NCBI GenBank assembly: GCA_907165135.1
Contig: OU015567.1
Location: 12,586,001-12,650,000 of the forward strand
Direction: 5' to 3'
DNA from: Oikopleura dioica
Taxonomy: Eukaryota; Animalia; Chordata
Length of the DNA stretch: 64,000 nucleotides
Shown: piece by piece, positions 27,273 to 39,600 of the stretch
Layout: every line of letters starts with the position of its first letter
Position numbering within the stretch: position 1 is the stretch's first letter
Notes under the pieces: generated by a model
What the model was told of the DNA's origin: nothing
What the model saw: only the letters and a program-made list of their open reading frames with translations
The model's database searches: none
Program-made: the position numbers and the translations under genes

Positions 27273-27490
27273 TCTGCAAGGTTAGAAATGAGAAAAAGAA
27301 GTAAATATATATTTTAGTGCATAGTAAATGTGAAAAAAATACAGTGGTGGTTCTGGCTAAGATCTGGCAGGATAAGCTCTATTTTTCATGCTAATCAGGA
27401 AGCATCGAGCGGAAGAGGGTTTCGTAATCTGGATTATTTTGAATCTCGTGAAGTCTACTTTCTAGTGAGTCGCCTCGAGTCCGCTGGATC

Positions 27491-28319
27491 TTATAAGCGT
27501 TGTAGTATTTGTCTGAATTTCGATGCTAGTAAATTGATTGAAGACATAGAAGACTTACCAACTCCGTACTCGAGCTCGAGCTTAATTTTTCTCAAGTTTC
27601 GTAAAATTTCTTGGTTCTCGAGAAGATCTTCCTGGCCATTCTCTAGTTGTTTTCTCAAATTCATTATTTGATCATCTTTCTTTTTGAAAATACTCTTTTC
27701 TTCGTCAGTTTGGCACAACTGATTCTTTGAATCTTTACTTTGAGTTTCTGTTTGAATTGACTGCTCAACAGTCAAGGGTAAATTTGGCTCTTCTATGTTG
27801 TGAGTAGCTTGGGCGTTGGTTTGAATTGAACTTTTCGACAGCTGTTTCAGCCATTTTTTGAACTTTTTGTTGTCTGACTGGGCAGTAGCGATGCTTTCGT
27901 TGAGCGTGCGAATGTCTTTTTCGTGGTGGACGAGAGCGTTTTCATACTTCAGGCGGAGAATCTCACGATCTTTTTCCATACTCTTCAGTTGGAGTCGAAG
28001 TTTGTCGATTTCGGAGCTTTCTATTTCCCTTTGATGCCTGAAAAAGAGGTATGAAAATATGCCTCTTCTGAATTCAAAAATACCTGATCTCCGAAACCTC
28101 CGTCGCATTGCCAAATCCAGTTGTTTCATTCGTATGAAAAAATGTCGTCTTCTCTTTTTGAGCGACATGATTTCTCAAAACTTGAAGAATTGTCTTCTTC
28201 GAGCATCTTTTGACATGTCGCGAAACAAAGGTGATAATTTCCCTGAGCAAGATTGAGTCTTGCGTTTCTTCTTCTGAGTCCGTTTCGACAACCGGAATGT
28301 ACGCCGAAACGACACTCAT
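27491..28319 (-). CDS. Coiled-coil protein, unidentified (3' end uncertain)
   Basis: ORFs 28074..28319 and 27491..28168 with heptad-rich EIDKLRLQLKSMEKDREILRLKYENAL; ATG preceded by ttttag|c. Confidence 0.65.
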
Positions 28320-28625
28320 GCTAAAAGAGAAAATGAAAGTGGTTGTTCTTTACCGTTTTTGTGTAATATTGTGACGAGGGGTTAATTAGCATAACAGCAG
28401 TACGAGTAATAAAACAGTGAAATTGCAGATTGTGTAATCAGTGGATGAAGAAAGTTTTGCGTTGAAGAAATAATTAGTTTTAAATCATAAGGGATCAGAA
28501 AGACTTATGAATAAGATTGAAGAGCATTAGTAAATATATATCAGTATAGAAACGTGTGAGATAAGCGGTAAGAAATGAGCGCAAGTAAAAAAAGTGATAA
28601 ATGGTAGGTAGTGAATGTTGTATTT

Positions 28626-31600
28626 TTAGGTCTGTTGTAGTTGAATGGAAAGCTGCTCGATGTTTTTTCGCATCGCAACGTTTTTCGTCATTTCTTCCTC
28701 GAGCATTCGAAGAAGCTGAAATATTTAATAGATAGAAGACTCAAGGATTGGCTACCTTTTTATTGAGTGCTTTTAGTTGCCCTACGCTTTGTTCAGAAGG
28801 TGAGTTGGTCGAGTTTTCCGAGGCAAATTCGACGATTTTGTTCAAAAATATATCGGACAAACCAGCGGGTTGCTTTTGCTTTTCTGCGTCTGGGCGAGTT
28901 TGCCAAACTCGCGATCGTAATATTTCCTCGCTAAACATGAGCTCAATTTGGTTGAAGAGGGAGACTTTTACCGAGAAGCGAGCTCTTCTGACATCTGAAT
29001 TTGATTCTTTTCAAGGGCTCGAACTTGTTCTTCCAGTTGAAGATTCGTCTCCATCAGGCTTTTGTTTTTGTTCATCAAAGCATCTGCTTCATTACCGGTA
29101 AGGATCGTCACTCCTTCGAACTCAGTAGGAACGCTAAAAAGAATGTCTGAGAAAATGAATCATGGAAGAGAAGTGGGTACCTCCAAGATCCAATTGATGA
29201 AGTTTCATCTCTGTGCGGAGGAGCCAAGTTTGGAACAGAAAGTCGCTCTTGGACTGAAATTTGAGATGCATCAATATCTCGCAGCTTCTCTTGAAGCTTG
29301 TCTGCCCTGTTTTTCTCAGACTAAGAGGTCTATTTGACTTTGATTCAGAAATAATCCACCCTACCTTGACTTGTTTCTTGAGCTCTCTTACAGTAACAGC
29401 GGCCTTTCTCTCAACAATGCGTTGCTTTTCCACTTCTTCCTCGATATTCCCTTTCAGCTCGTCGATTGTCTTTGTAAACTGCGCCTCGAGCTCTTTCCAT
29501 TGATTCGCCGCCTCGATTTTCTCATTCACCTTATCTTCCTTGATTTTCTCCAGCTCGGCGATGTGAAGAGCGTTTTCGCTTTCCAATTGGGATCGCAAGT
29601 CGAGCACTTGTTGAGAAAGGCTTTGCCGAGAAGCTTCGATTTCTTCTTTTGACGATTTTTCTTCTTCGTAGATTCTGTCGAGGTACCGTTTTGCTTCTTT
29701 AGCGCTTTTTAGATCTCCCTCGAGCTAGAATGGATAAAGAAGAAGCTCCAACCCTTCAATATACCTTTTTAACCTCGCTCATCAATTCATCAATCCTCCT
29801 ATTTGCGTCCAAAATCCTCATCTCTCCCTGCTTCCGCTGCGCAATTTGCTCTTTCAAGTCTTTCTTGAGCTGGAGAATATTTTGATCAGCTTCTGATTTT
29901 TGACTTTTTAGCTTGCCCTCAGCCTCGGCAGATATTTTCTCCTTCACTTGAGTGAGCTCCTGGTTCAGTTCAAACTTCTCGGTTGCCATTTCATCCAAAA
30001 GCTTTTTACGCTTTTCAGCAGTGGCGGTTATTTCGAGCAGTTTTTTCTCAGCTTCACCCAAGGCTTTTTTCCTTGAAAAAATGAACTAAATAAATTGAAA
30101 GAATCTGAGAAATCGTTTTGTATTGATAAACAGAAATATTTTATGAAACGGACACAGCTGCATCTCAAATAAAGGCGAATAGTTATGATTTTCATTTAAT
30201 TTTGTTATCAAATGTGATCACATATTTTAAAATAGATGTCATTACGATCGTGATTTCAAATTATGAGTATAAAAGATGAGAATATCATTTATAAAGCAAC
30301 TTTAGAGGGAGCTAGAGAGTAATTGTTGTATGACCGCTTGAAGTAGATAGTTATCGTAAAATGTGTTGAGAAAGGTGATATGGTTAATTCGATAACATCT
30401 ATGTAGGATTTGCGGTACTTACTTTTTGATAAGATCTTCATTTTCTGCCCTCAATCGTTTCACAATGCCTTCTAAATCTTTGATGGCCTTCTGACTCGAT
30501 TTGACTTCATCTTCCAACTTTTCAACGTCCTCTGGTTTGATCGTCGGCTCTTCTGGTCCAGAAGGAGACAAGGGATGATTACCAGGAGTCGAAACTGTTT
30601 TATTAGAAGTTGTAAGTGATTCTAGAGTTTTGATTTGAGACTGAAGGGATGCGATCTCGTCGCGCAAGGCCATGTCATGTTGCTTGAAGTCGAATTCTTG
30701 TTGTTGAATCGCTTCGTTTTTGCGCTCCAACTCAACTTGGATCTTCAGCAGCTCATCCCGAGCTAGAATTCATCATGTGACCATAGTCGTGAATTATGAA
30801 AGAGCTTTGATAGCCTATCAATGTTAGGGCTTGAGTCTTCGATTTTAAGCAGAAAAAACGTCGAAAATCGAAAAATTCAAGAGCATCCACCAAGTTTATC
30901 CTTTCTGAGTCATTCTATTTGCCTACGCAGAGACAGAGGAATAGAGAAAGCTAAAAAATGTTGAAAACGCGAATTTGGAAGTCAGTAAAACTCGCCCAGC
31001 GCTGTAGACATGGCTGGAGAAACCAAATGGAAGAAAATATGGGAAAGTGATGAAAAAAGTTGAAGAAACGAAAGTCAGTTGATTTAAAAACCTCAATTTC
31101 GAGGTAAAAATTGAAAATTTGATCACTTGAAAAGCTAAAAACGCTTCACGAAGACGCGAAATGTATTTCATTCTTCGAAAAAAGGGACTTCCTCACAAAA
31201 GTTTGATGAAAAAGATCCAGCAAATGGAAGATCAAGGAGTATCAACCCGAAATTACAAATGGGACGGTTGGGATCCTTTGGAATTCGACGAAGCTTTCAT
31301 GCAGCAGAAGAAGATGCGAGAGAAAGCGGCGATTGAGGATGAAAGAGAAGCGAAGATGGCGGAAAAATTCATAACGCTGGAAAGAAGAGAGTTCGAAGAA
31401 GCAGAAAGGCGAAGAACAGAAGAAGATGCAGAGCCAGAAGCTTTTGTCTCGGAAAACGAAGAAGGGAGAGATCTAGACGTAGATTCGCAGATGGTTCTGT
31501 TAGGCAAAACAAGAGAAGAAATCGACGATTATTTTCAAAACGGACCCTGGCCAGACAAAACCTACTGGAGAAAAGGATTCAAGAACTTTTTATCCCTCAA

Positions 31601-33022
31601 CCGGAGATCGCGAAAAATGGTGATTGACAGAGTCGAGGAGGACGAAAAAGTGCAGCATAAACTGAAAGAGTTGAAGCAAGACTGGTATTTGAGGAAAAAC
31701 AAGCTCATTAAAATCGAAGGGGTGGAAAATATCGGCTGCGCATTGCATCTGGATTTTTTGGAGAGAGAAGCAAGGATTGAAAAACATGGGCTGAAGGTGG
31801 TTGATAGAACTGATGTGGGAAAACGATGCGTGCAGTACATTTTATTCAATCGATGGGAGGATCTTCGGAAGTTGAAATTGACGGAAATGCGAGGGAGCAC
31901 ACTGTACCAAGTGGGCAAGGATGTGATAAGAGAGTACTCGGATCACAAAGCGCCCCCTAAAGTTATTGCTTTCGGATCCCCACCGAATGAGCATAGACAG
32001 AAACTCCTCAGAGACTTGCGAAAGAATGATCCTCTCCGGTAAGAAAACCTTTTCATCGAATCTAATCATTTCTTTCTCTAGCCATATTCGACTAGTTCTC
32101 GAAGCAGGAATCGACAAGATGGAAAAAGGCGCAATTCTTCGAGCCGCCAGTCTGGCAGGAGTCAACTCGGCTTTCCAACTCGACTATCCTGGATTTATTT
32201 CTGACAATTTCAACTCCGAAACTATCCGTGGCTCCGCAGGACTAATTTACACTCTTCCTCTTCATCAGCGAGCCACGATGGCGAAAAATGACTACTCAAG
32301 TAACATCAAAGATAAGACAAATGTGTCGAAAAAGAAGGAAAATCATATTGACCCATTTCAACTCGCCGTTAATTCTAATCCAGACTATCAGCCAGCCGTT
32401 TTTCTTACCCAACCCGAAAGTAACGAAAACGACGAAGAACTCCAACAAATCGAAGCTGTCGATGTTCACGACGTCGATTGGACTTATCCTAACATCATGC
32501 TCGTTGCAGCGGACGAGTGGATTTCTGACGAAACAAAAAGGCTTTTGAAAGAATATGACACAACTTTCAGACTCGTTTCAACGACTCCCTCTAACCCTGT
32601 CTTTCAAAAAGCAAACATATCTCTCAATTCTAGCGTATCAAGGTAAGACCAATAATTGAAAAGTTTCCTAATGATTTCTAGCGCTTTATTCGAGGCAAGA
32701 CGCCAAATAGATGAAGAAAACGTACAAGAAGACCCTGAAGATTTTCTATCCGAAAACGATCCTATTCCAGAAAATGTTGAAAACTTGCAAATTAAGCTCG
32801 AATAAAAAAATCATCTCACAAACCTGACTGTCCAGGAAGAAAGGAAATCGCCTTGTTTTTCTTTGTCTCTAGCGACAATTTCTTTGTCAAATCTTCTTTT
32901 TCATTTTCAAGAGCTTGAATTTTCCTCTCTGCGTATTTCTTGTGGTCCGCTAGCTCACAGTTGGAGGTTCGAAGGTCTAACAGTTGTGTTTGAAGCCTCT
33001 GGACAAGCTCCGAGTTTTCCAT
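28626..33022 (-). CDS. GRIPAP1: GRIP1-associated protein 1 (GRASP-1) homolog, coiled coil
   Basis: N-terminal QRLQTQLLDLRTSNCELAD (cf. QRMQAQLLELRTNNYQLSD), KRKKLLDEMA, ERKAAVTVRELKKQ, C-terminal NKKLLRMLEEEMTKNVAMRKNIE. First intron 30763-32823 is GT-AG. Confidence 0.85.
30958..32805 (+). CDS. MRM3: TrmH/SpoU family mitochondrial rRNA methyltransferase (MRM3/RNMTL1-like); start exon uncertain
   Basis: IKIEGVENIGCAL..YILFNRWEDL..STLYQVGKDVIREYSDHKAPPKVIAF, GAILRAASLAG, and SLNSSVS|SALFEARRQ align by eye with MRM3. A basic, presequence-like N-terminus starts at 30958. Confidence 0.75.
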
Positions 33023-33084
33023 TCTAAATCAGATAGTTCTAAATATCATTGAATAGGGATTATTTAATGAATGTAATGAGTTGA

Positions 33085-33714
33085 TCAGCTTTTTGAACTT
33101 GCGTCTCCAATAACTTTTTGTTCTTCTTCCGCTAGAAAAGATTTGAAAGTGGTTTAAAAAGGGATGAAAATCACCTTCTTTGATAAGTTTGGGGTCTTCT
33201 GTACCCTGCTTCAGAGCGAGTTTATGCTGTTCCTTCGCTAAATACAGGTTTAAAATAGAGCTTATTCCATCAAGGTTACCTTCTGCAAGCATTTCAGGAT
33301 CATCGGTTCCAAACAAAAATCTATTAGCCTCTCCCTCGTCCTCTGGAAGCAAAAGCGTTTCATACTCATTTGAATCATCTAATTGTCGCATCTACAGACA
33401 ACAAATTTAAATAATCAAAGCATCAAGAGATAACAAACCTCCATCATCGAATAGTTTTTAATGCCTTTCGGTTTCTGTCTGTAATCCAAAACAAACTTAG
33501 GAGCCGAATCGTCAGTAATCATTTTCTGATGCTCATCGTATTGAATTCTAGCTTTTTCGTAAATGGCCAGGCCAGAGTTTAGAGGGAGCTCGTAGCCAGC
33601 CTCCTTGTAAACGTCTTTAGCTGGGGACTTGAAATCGGACGGTCGACTTCTGTAAGTGTGATCGTGAGCTCTGTAGAGACGAGGATCAAACCAACCTTCG
33701 TCGGGAATGCTCAT
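33085..33714 (-). CDS. Unidentified protein (three or more exons; start uncertain)
   Basis: ORFs 33415..33714 and 33029..33391 joined by short GT-AG introns; predicted end EAEEEQKVIGDASSKS*. Confidence 0.6.
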
Positions 33715-34062
33715 TAGAGTGTGCCCTTCAGGTGCAACTAACGTTCGTTCGAGCTTGAGGAAAATATTTATTTGGATGGAAGCAAAGCGGAATGTCGCGA
33801 TATATAAGAATCATTTTAAAAGTTATCAATTTCAGGTATTATTCGACAGGCTTTCTTTCACATAGAAATAATGGGACGAGTATTTAGTATTATTATAGGA
33901 AAAAATATGATTATCATTTTATTAAACAACTGAAAATATGGAAAATGAATTAATGATAATCATAAATATACTCATCAACTATAGAGTGCCACCTAGGTCC
34001 CAGGATCGATCTTTATCAATCTCAGAAAATCACTTGGTAGCAGATGTGGCATCTCAGATGGC

Positions 34063-34650
34063 CTAAAAAGATACCTTGAAATAATAGCCACATTGACAAC
34101 ACATTGGTTCTCCATCATTTTCCTCGATATGGTGATACAAAACAAAGGGCATCTCCGGATCACATACGCAACTTGTCACGGCCTTTCCCGACTCTGAGTA
34201 GATAATGTGCGGATTTTCGGGGCTCAGGCCAACTCCATTTTCAATTGCATACTCCATGTAATCTTCCCACTCTTCTGGATACCTGTATCGATCGCCCATT
34301 TCATGAATAGCATCCCACATTTCTGACAAGTTGGCCAAATGCGTAGTCTGTGGTTTTGGCGCTACAGCAAGCTCTGGTGGTTCTGGATCCCGCTTGAACA
34401 TGCGTCTGATTCGACGGGGTCGGTGAAAAGTTGGACGAGTCACTTCGCCGTCCTCTGATTTCGCTCTGGCAGGCATCAGCTTGTTCAAGAAATGCTCGGC
34501 TTTTTCATTTCCCTTGTCGGCTTTTGAAACCATCGGATCAGGATAGGTTCCGTCATAGGATTCTTGGCCAGCGGGGGAGCTTCCTTTGCCAGATTTGAAA
34601 AAGGGGATTTTCAACCGCCTACTCGAGACATTTCCGATTCGACCGAGCAT
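34063..34650 (-). CDS. COX5B: Cytochrome c oxidase subunit 5B-like protein
   Basis: C-terminal GLSPENPHIIYSESGKAVTSCVCDPE..GEPMCCQCGYYFK matches the COX5B Zn site (CxC..CxxC); Arg-rich presequence-like N-terminus. Confidence 0.75.
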   Translation of the reverse strand: MLGRIGNVSSRRLKIPFFKSGKGSSPAGQESYDGTYPDPMVSKADKGNEKAEHFLNKLMPARAKSEDGEVTRPTFHRPRRIRRMFKRDPEPPELAVAPKPQTTHLANLSEMWDAIHEMGDRYRYPEEWEDYMEYAIENGVGLSPENPHIIYSESGKAVTSCVCDPEMPFVLYHHIEENDGEPMCCQCGYYFKVSF

Positions 34651-34765
34651 CTTCTTTTATAGTGAAATAAGCTTTTGGTGATGGTTGATTTTATTGAATT
34701 GATTATCTACATGAATTTCAGTTGCAGGACGAATATAAAGATACAAATATAACAATAAATAAAAT

Positions 34766-35130
34766 TTAATACAGCGTTATCTTCATAGAAGTGTGCCCAT
34801 TGCCTCCAGGAATCGGGCACATAGTTATTCCCGTTTCCGGATCAACACCATACGTTGCCATCCAATGGTAGAAATCCTCTTCGAGATAGAACTGCTCATG
34901 GTGTCTCGTTTTCAGCCGTATTGCTTCGCCTGTTAGTGTCTTAATTTTAGATAGAAAAATGAAATCCACCGCAGCTTACTTTTTGAGAAAGATCACAAAA
35001 TGCATCCTGGACCTGTACTCTCTTGCCTAGTTCCGGCTGGTTCATTATGTATCGGACAGGTATTCGAATTCGGTAGACTGCAATGAAGACTTGATACAAT
35101 TTGAAGAGAACGAAGCCCGCGAATACTGAA
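34766..35130 (-). CDS. Small single-pass membrane protein, unidentified (5' end unresolved)
   Basis: Exons YSVFAGFVLFKLYQVFIAVYRIRIPVRYIMNQPELGKRVQ|TLTGEAIRLKTRHHEQFYLEEDFYHWMATYGVDPETG..*. Confidence 0.55.
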
Positions 35131-35435
35131 TATGTTACATTTATTTATCGCATAATTCATAGCATGATCTAAAACATCAACTTGTAGTAGTTTTTGTTCT
35201 ATTTTATTTGTTTTGAAAATTGATGGAAAAAATGCAGTATAAAATTGGTTTCATTTTCTATGAGGCAATCATTTGTAACACTACTTTTATACATAAATCG
35301 AACCATTTTATATTTTTGTTAAACCTTGCAGGACACCGGACAAACAAAAAATGTTCAACTGAACCATTTTATAAAATTGGTTCGAGTCACTTTCTCTGAG
35401 AGAAAATCTAGTTTACTCAATGTATCACGAAAATT

Positions 35436-36215
35436 TTACTTACCTAAGTAGCAAAAATACAGCGAAAAGAAAGCATCTTCCGTGTCCTTGAAAATGTACT
35501 GGGTAAGTTGCATTCCGGGAAAAATCGCTCTCATTGCCTGCGAAGCCAATTCAACAATTGAGAGCAGACAGCCTCTTCTGAAAAACGATACGACTTGTGG
35601 ACCGGACATGACGACGAGAGCTTTGACCCCGACGGTAGCTAGTTTGAAGATTCCATCCGAGTAGAGAATGCACCAGATTGCACCGAGTCCGTCTTTTGCG
35701 TCTTCGGTGATTGATTCAAAAGAAAAGACTTTTGCAAGCTCGACATCTTCCAAGGCGATATCAAGATAGGCAATAATTCCGGCGCAGATGAGGAATACTT
35801 TAATGCATTTGATTTTTGAATAGTGGCGTTTTAGTTGAATCAACCGGACGACCGTTGAGTTCAGTCGGAAAGCGGTGAGAAGGAGGCCTAAGATCAGGAG
35901 GCCATCTTGAATGTGCTTCGTAGAAAACTAAGAAATATAATTATTGCTCTTGAAGACTAGAATCGACAAGTCCCACCCGACACCCGATCGAAAACCGATG
36001 TTTCTGTCGGGTTTTTCGTTGGATTCTGCGATGATATGTTCGGAAGTTCCCAAATGTAACATTACCTTGAGCAAGAAAAGAAGAAAAAGTGGAATGCAGG
36101 AAAGAAGAAAGGGTTTAATCCCTGTAAAAGGGTCCATGTCGACATCTGGCAAGTCAATATCGACAGCTTCATCGACATCGAGTGACTCTGTATCGTCCGA
36201 TTTCATTTTCTGCAA
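35436..36215 (-). CDS. Multi-pass membrane protein, unidentified
   Basis: ORFs 35928..36215 and 35436..35843 with several hydrophobic stretches and an acidic N-terminus. Confidence 0.55.
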
Positions 36216-36686
36216 ATTAACAAGCCTATATTCGAGCGTTTTTCTATTTTGGTGAATTTTTCTGTGAATAGTTTTATTTGGCTATTTTTTAAGCAGCACA
36301 CAAGCAAGTTGGGAAAAGGAAACGTAAAATGGCAAAACAAGGACGGAGGATAAATAGTTAAAATAAGCATCGTGCAATTTGGTAACAACTCAGCAACTAA
36401 AAGAAAAACTGAAAAATAAAACTAAAAAGTATGGAAGTTGAATAGGAATTTTAAATAAAACGGAAGAGTATCGGTGATTTTTCGACTAGATAGGACATGA
36501 ATAGTAGAACAGAAGTTTTTTGTTAAATAAATTAAAAGTTTTAAGATTTTTTTCTTTGGGATTTTTTCGGAGACCAGCTCTTTCGTTTTTAGAATAGTGA
36601 AACGGTGGAAAAGTTGGTTTTGAACAATAGGTAGATAGAACGATAAACTTTTAAAAAGTGATTTTTACAGAATTGGTTTCTTTCTG

Positions 36687-39600
36687 TTATTTGGACTTGA
36701 GACGACTTTTGGAGCTTGAACTCGCCAGCTTCGATAGTGAATTGGGTGATTTGGAAGACTCGGCGAGTGCGAAGAGTGGCGAATTTTGGCGCATCGAGTT
36801 TCGAGGATTTGCGGACTCGTTTACTGCAGAATGAGCCAGGTGGATCTGTTACAGGGTCAAAAACTTTCCTTTACCAGTATCAACACTAACTGGTGTTGAT
36901 TTTTTTTACATTTATGATTTGACGAAGAATATTCTTCCTTGATTTCAAAAGAAAGATCAAAAATTGAACAAATGAACAGTGAGCATTTATTTGAAGAAGA
37001 AAGAGAAATTTATTCTACGAGATCTTTATAAACGATCCCTTTTTCTCGAGAGGTGGTTTGAATGGTTGACCCTGTGGCGGAATATTATCGGCTTTTGGTT
37101 GTCTCTTCGGGACGGGGTCCATAGAACGACGCTCGCGAGATTGGGTTCTTTCGTTGTTTGTCCTCCGTTTATCTGGAAAACCTGAACGGAGAATAAGTTG
37201 AAGAACGGGAGTTAATATCGCACCTTCGGAGGAAACCCTGCTCTTCAATCTAGGTGCGTCAACGCTACTAACAGACGTCTGGGACGATTTTTGAGCATGT
37301 CGGAGAACTTCCAGTTGCCGCTGATAAGCTTCTTTTTCGTTGTTCAGATCCTTTCGTTCTAAAAAAAATATTATATCTGTTGATAGAGGGAGATTCTACC
37401 TTCGTCAAGCTGTTCCCGCTGTTTTCGTATACGAGAATGCTCGTGATTGATATCGAGTTTTTCTTTCTCGAGTTTTTTCTGAAGCTCTTCGTATTTTTGT
37501 TTTTCTCTTTCGAGCTCTCTCAGGGCCTGGGCTTTTTTCGCCATCGACTTTTTATCTTCGGATTCGTCGACTCCCTCGCTTCATTAAAAGTTATTTCATG
37601 AAATAAGAAATGCAAGTTACCTCCTACGGAAGCTAGCTAAATGCTTGAATCTCTCAAGCTCCTGTTCTTTTAGCTCTTCTCTCTGTTTTGAGTCAACATA
37701 ACAGTCCATAAGACTAGCGTAGTTCGACTTGAAGTGAGCTTTGAATTTAGCCAAAGTTTCATCCTACAATTGTCATATGAAAGATTGATTTCCTGGCTAA
37801 TCTTACATCTCGAGGATGATTTTTGATGAAATCATGGACGAGTTTATTTTGATCTTCGATAAGTTTACCAAGATCGACTACTTTTCTGTTCTCATCGGAG
37901 TTGTCAAAGAGATAAGCCTCTGAAGGACACTCGATTTCACAAAGTTCTCTTTGTAATTTCCGGCGCGTTTCGAGTTTGTCGCGAAGAAGGGCGTCATTAT
38001 GATCGATTCTGCTGATGATATTCGCAGCTTTCTGAGACATTTGGCGATAGGCGGTCTCTTTTTTTGCTCTCTCTAAAGAAAATGGTTCTATCCAATGTTA
38101 CATAACGCAAACTTGAGCATGCATTTACGAGGAGCGCAAATTTAAAAATTTAATAGAAGTCCACTATCTTTTTGCTTTGTTACTTACGTTCTGGTGTGTA
38201 CTTTGGATGCAATCTTTGTGCCCTTTCTATACTCTCCTGAATTCGAGTAGCTTTTTCAGGAGACGAAGCGCGAATTTCCCATTCTGGGGAGAACCTCTTT
38301 TGGTCTTGACTATCTGATTGCTCGTATAGACAGAAGCTGAATTGATGATGGATTGTAAATATCAGCTTGAATTAAAAATCAAATCACCTGGACGGGTCTC
38401 TCGAGCGAACTTCCTTGGTATCGACAGAACGGAGGGTTAATACAGGCACTCCATTTACGAAAGTGGTGTAATTTCCCTTTCCAGTGAGAAACGTTATGAT
38501 ATCTTCCATTATTAACAAGCTCCCATCGGTAAGCTAAATTCGTGATGATTACAGCCACTTTGGGCAGGTAATACCTTATCTCTAATTTTGATTTGAACTT
38601 CAAACGCTTCCACGAGCTCTCGATCATATTGGGTTAGATTTTTCCTCTTGAATTTCTTCTCGCCGTGATAGGTAAATGAGCTTGGATCAATATTCGAGAC
38701 AATTTCGTTTAGTTCCATTTTTCTCTCGTATTTTTGAACGTCGCCGTCGACAGAGAAGATGATTTTTTGAATAAGGTCAAGTGCTTTTGTGAGGTTATGA
38801 TGTTCTTTTCTGAAGGTCAGAGGTAAATCAGAAGAAGAGAAAATGAAATAATGTTTTTGAGTGCGGACTCTTCCGTGATTTCATAAAGATGGAAACTTAC
38901 TTATCGACGGTGTTTTTGAGCATTTCTTTGATCATAATTGGGTATTTCGTGACTCTTTGGGTGGCTAGCTGTGTGATATCTGGGACTTCGTAGCGTTTGG
39001 CAAGAGGATGGTTCTGAAAAAGATGAAAACAGGGTTTATAGCTAACCTTTTTACGCACAATTGATTTATCTAACTGATGATTACCTTATATTTCTGTATG
39101 ACGGCAGCAAATTTCTTATTGTTTTTCAATTCAGTGTGGTAAAATTTGAGACTTTCTTTTTGATGCTTGCAGAGTTCGCCGTAAGCTTTTGCTTTTCTTT
39201 CTCCCCAGTCTGGAAGTGAGCAAGTAAGTTTCTCAGGGGATTACGAAAACAGGCGTACCTGAGTTCCAGAAGTCGTAAAGGACGTCACCTATGTTAGCAA
39301 CCTTTGGTGATTCAGACTGACGTTTCTGAATGACGGGTTTAGCTCTTTTTACACTGCGAAAGAAAATGACTTACAGACATGATTCTGATGAATTCATGAG
39401 AAATAGCGGATAGTTCTTTGAGCTGTGGGAAGAACTGGTTGCACTTATCCGGGGAGTAACCCAACTCTTTTCGCATCCCTCTTGTGTACATTTTTCGCAT
39501 CACGATCAACGCTTGGGAGTATTTTTTCTCGGTCTTGATGAACTCATAAATATTCTCCTGTCTTTTTCGCTCTTTCTCCGGGTTCGACGCATCTCCCAGC

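Noticed and set aside
35295-35390. tRNA-like T-loop GGTTCGAGTC
   Set aside because: No cloverleaf. It is one arm of a short AT-rich inverted repeat (TCGAACCATTTTA / TAAAATTGGTTCGA).
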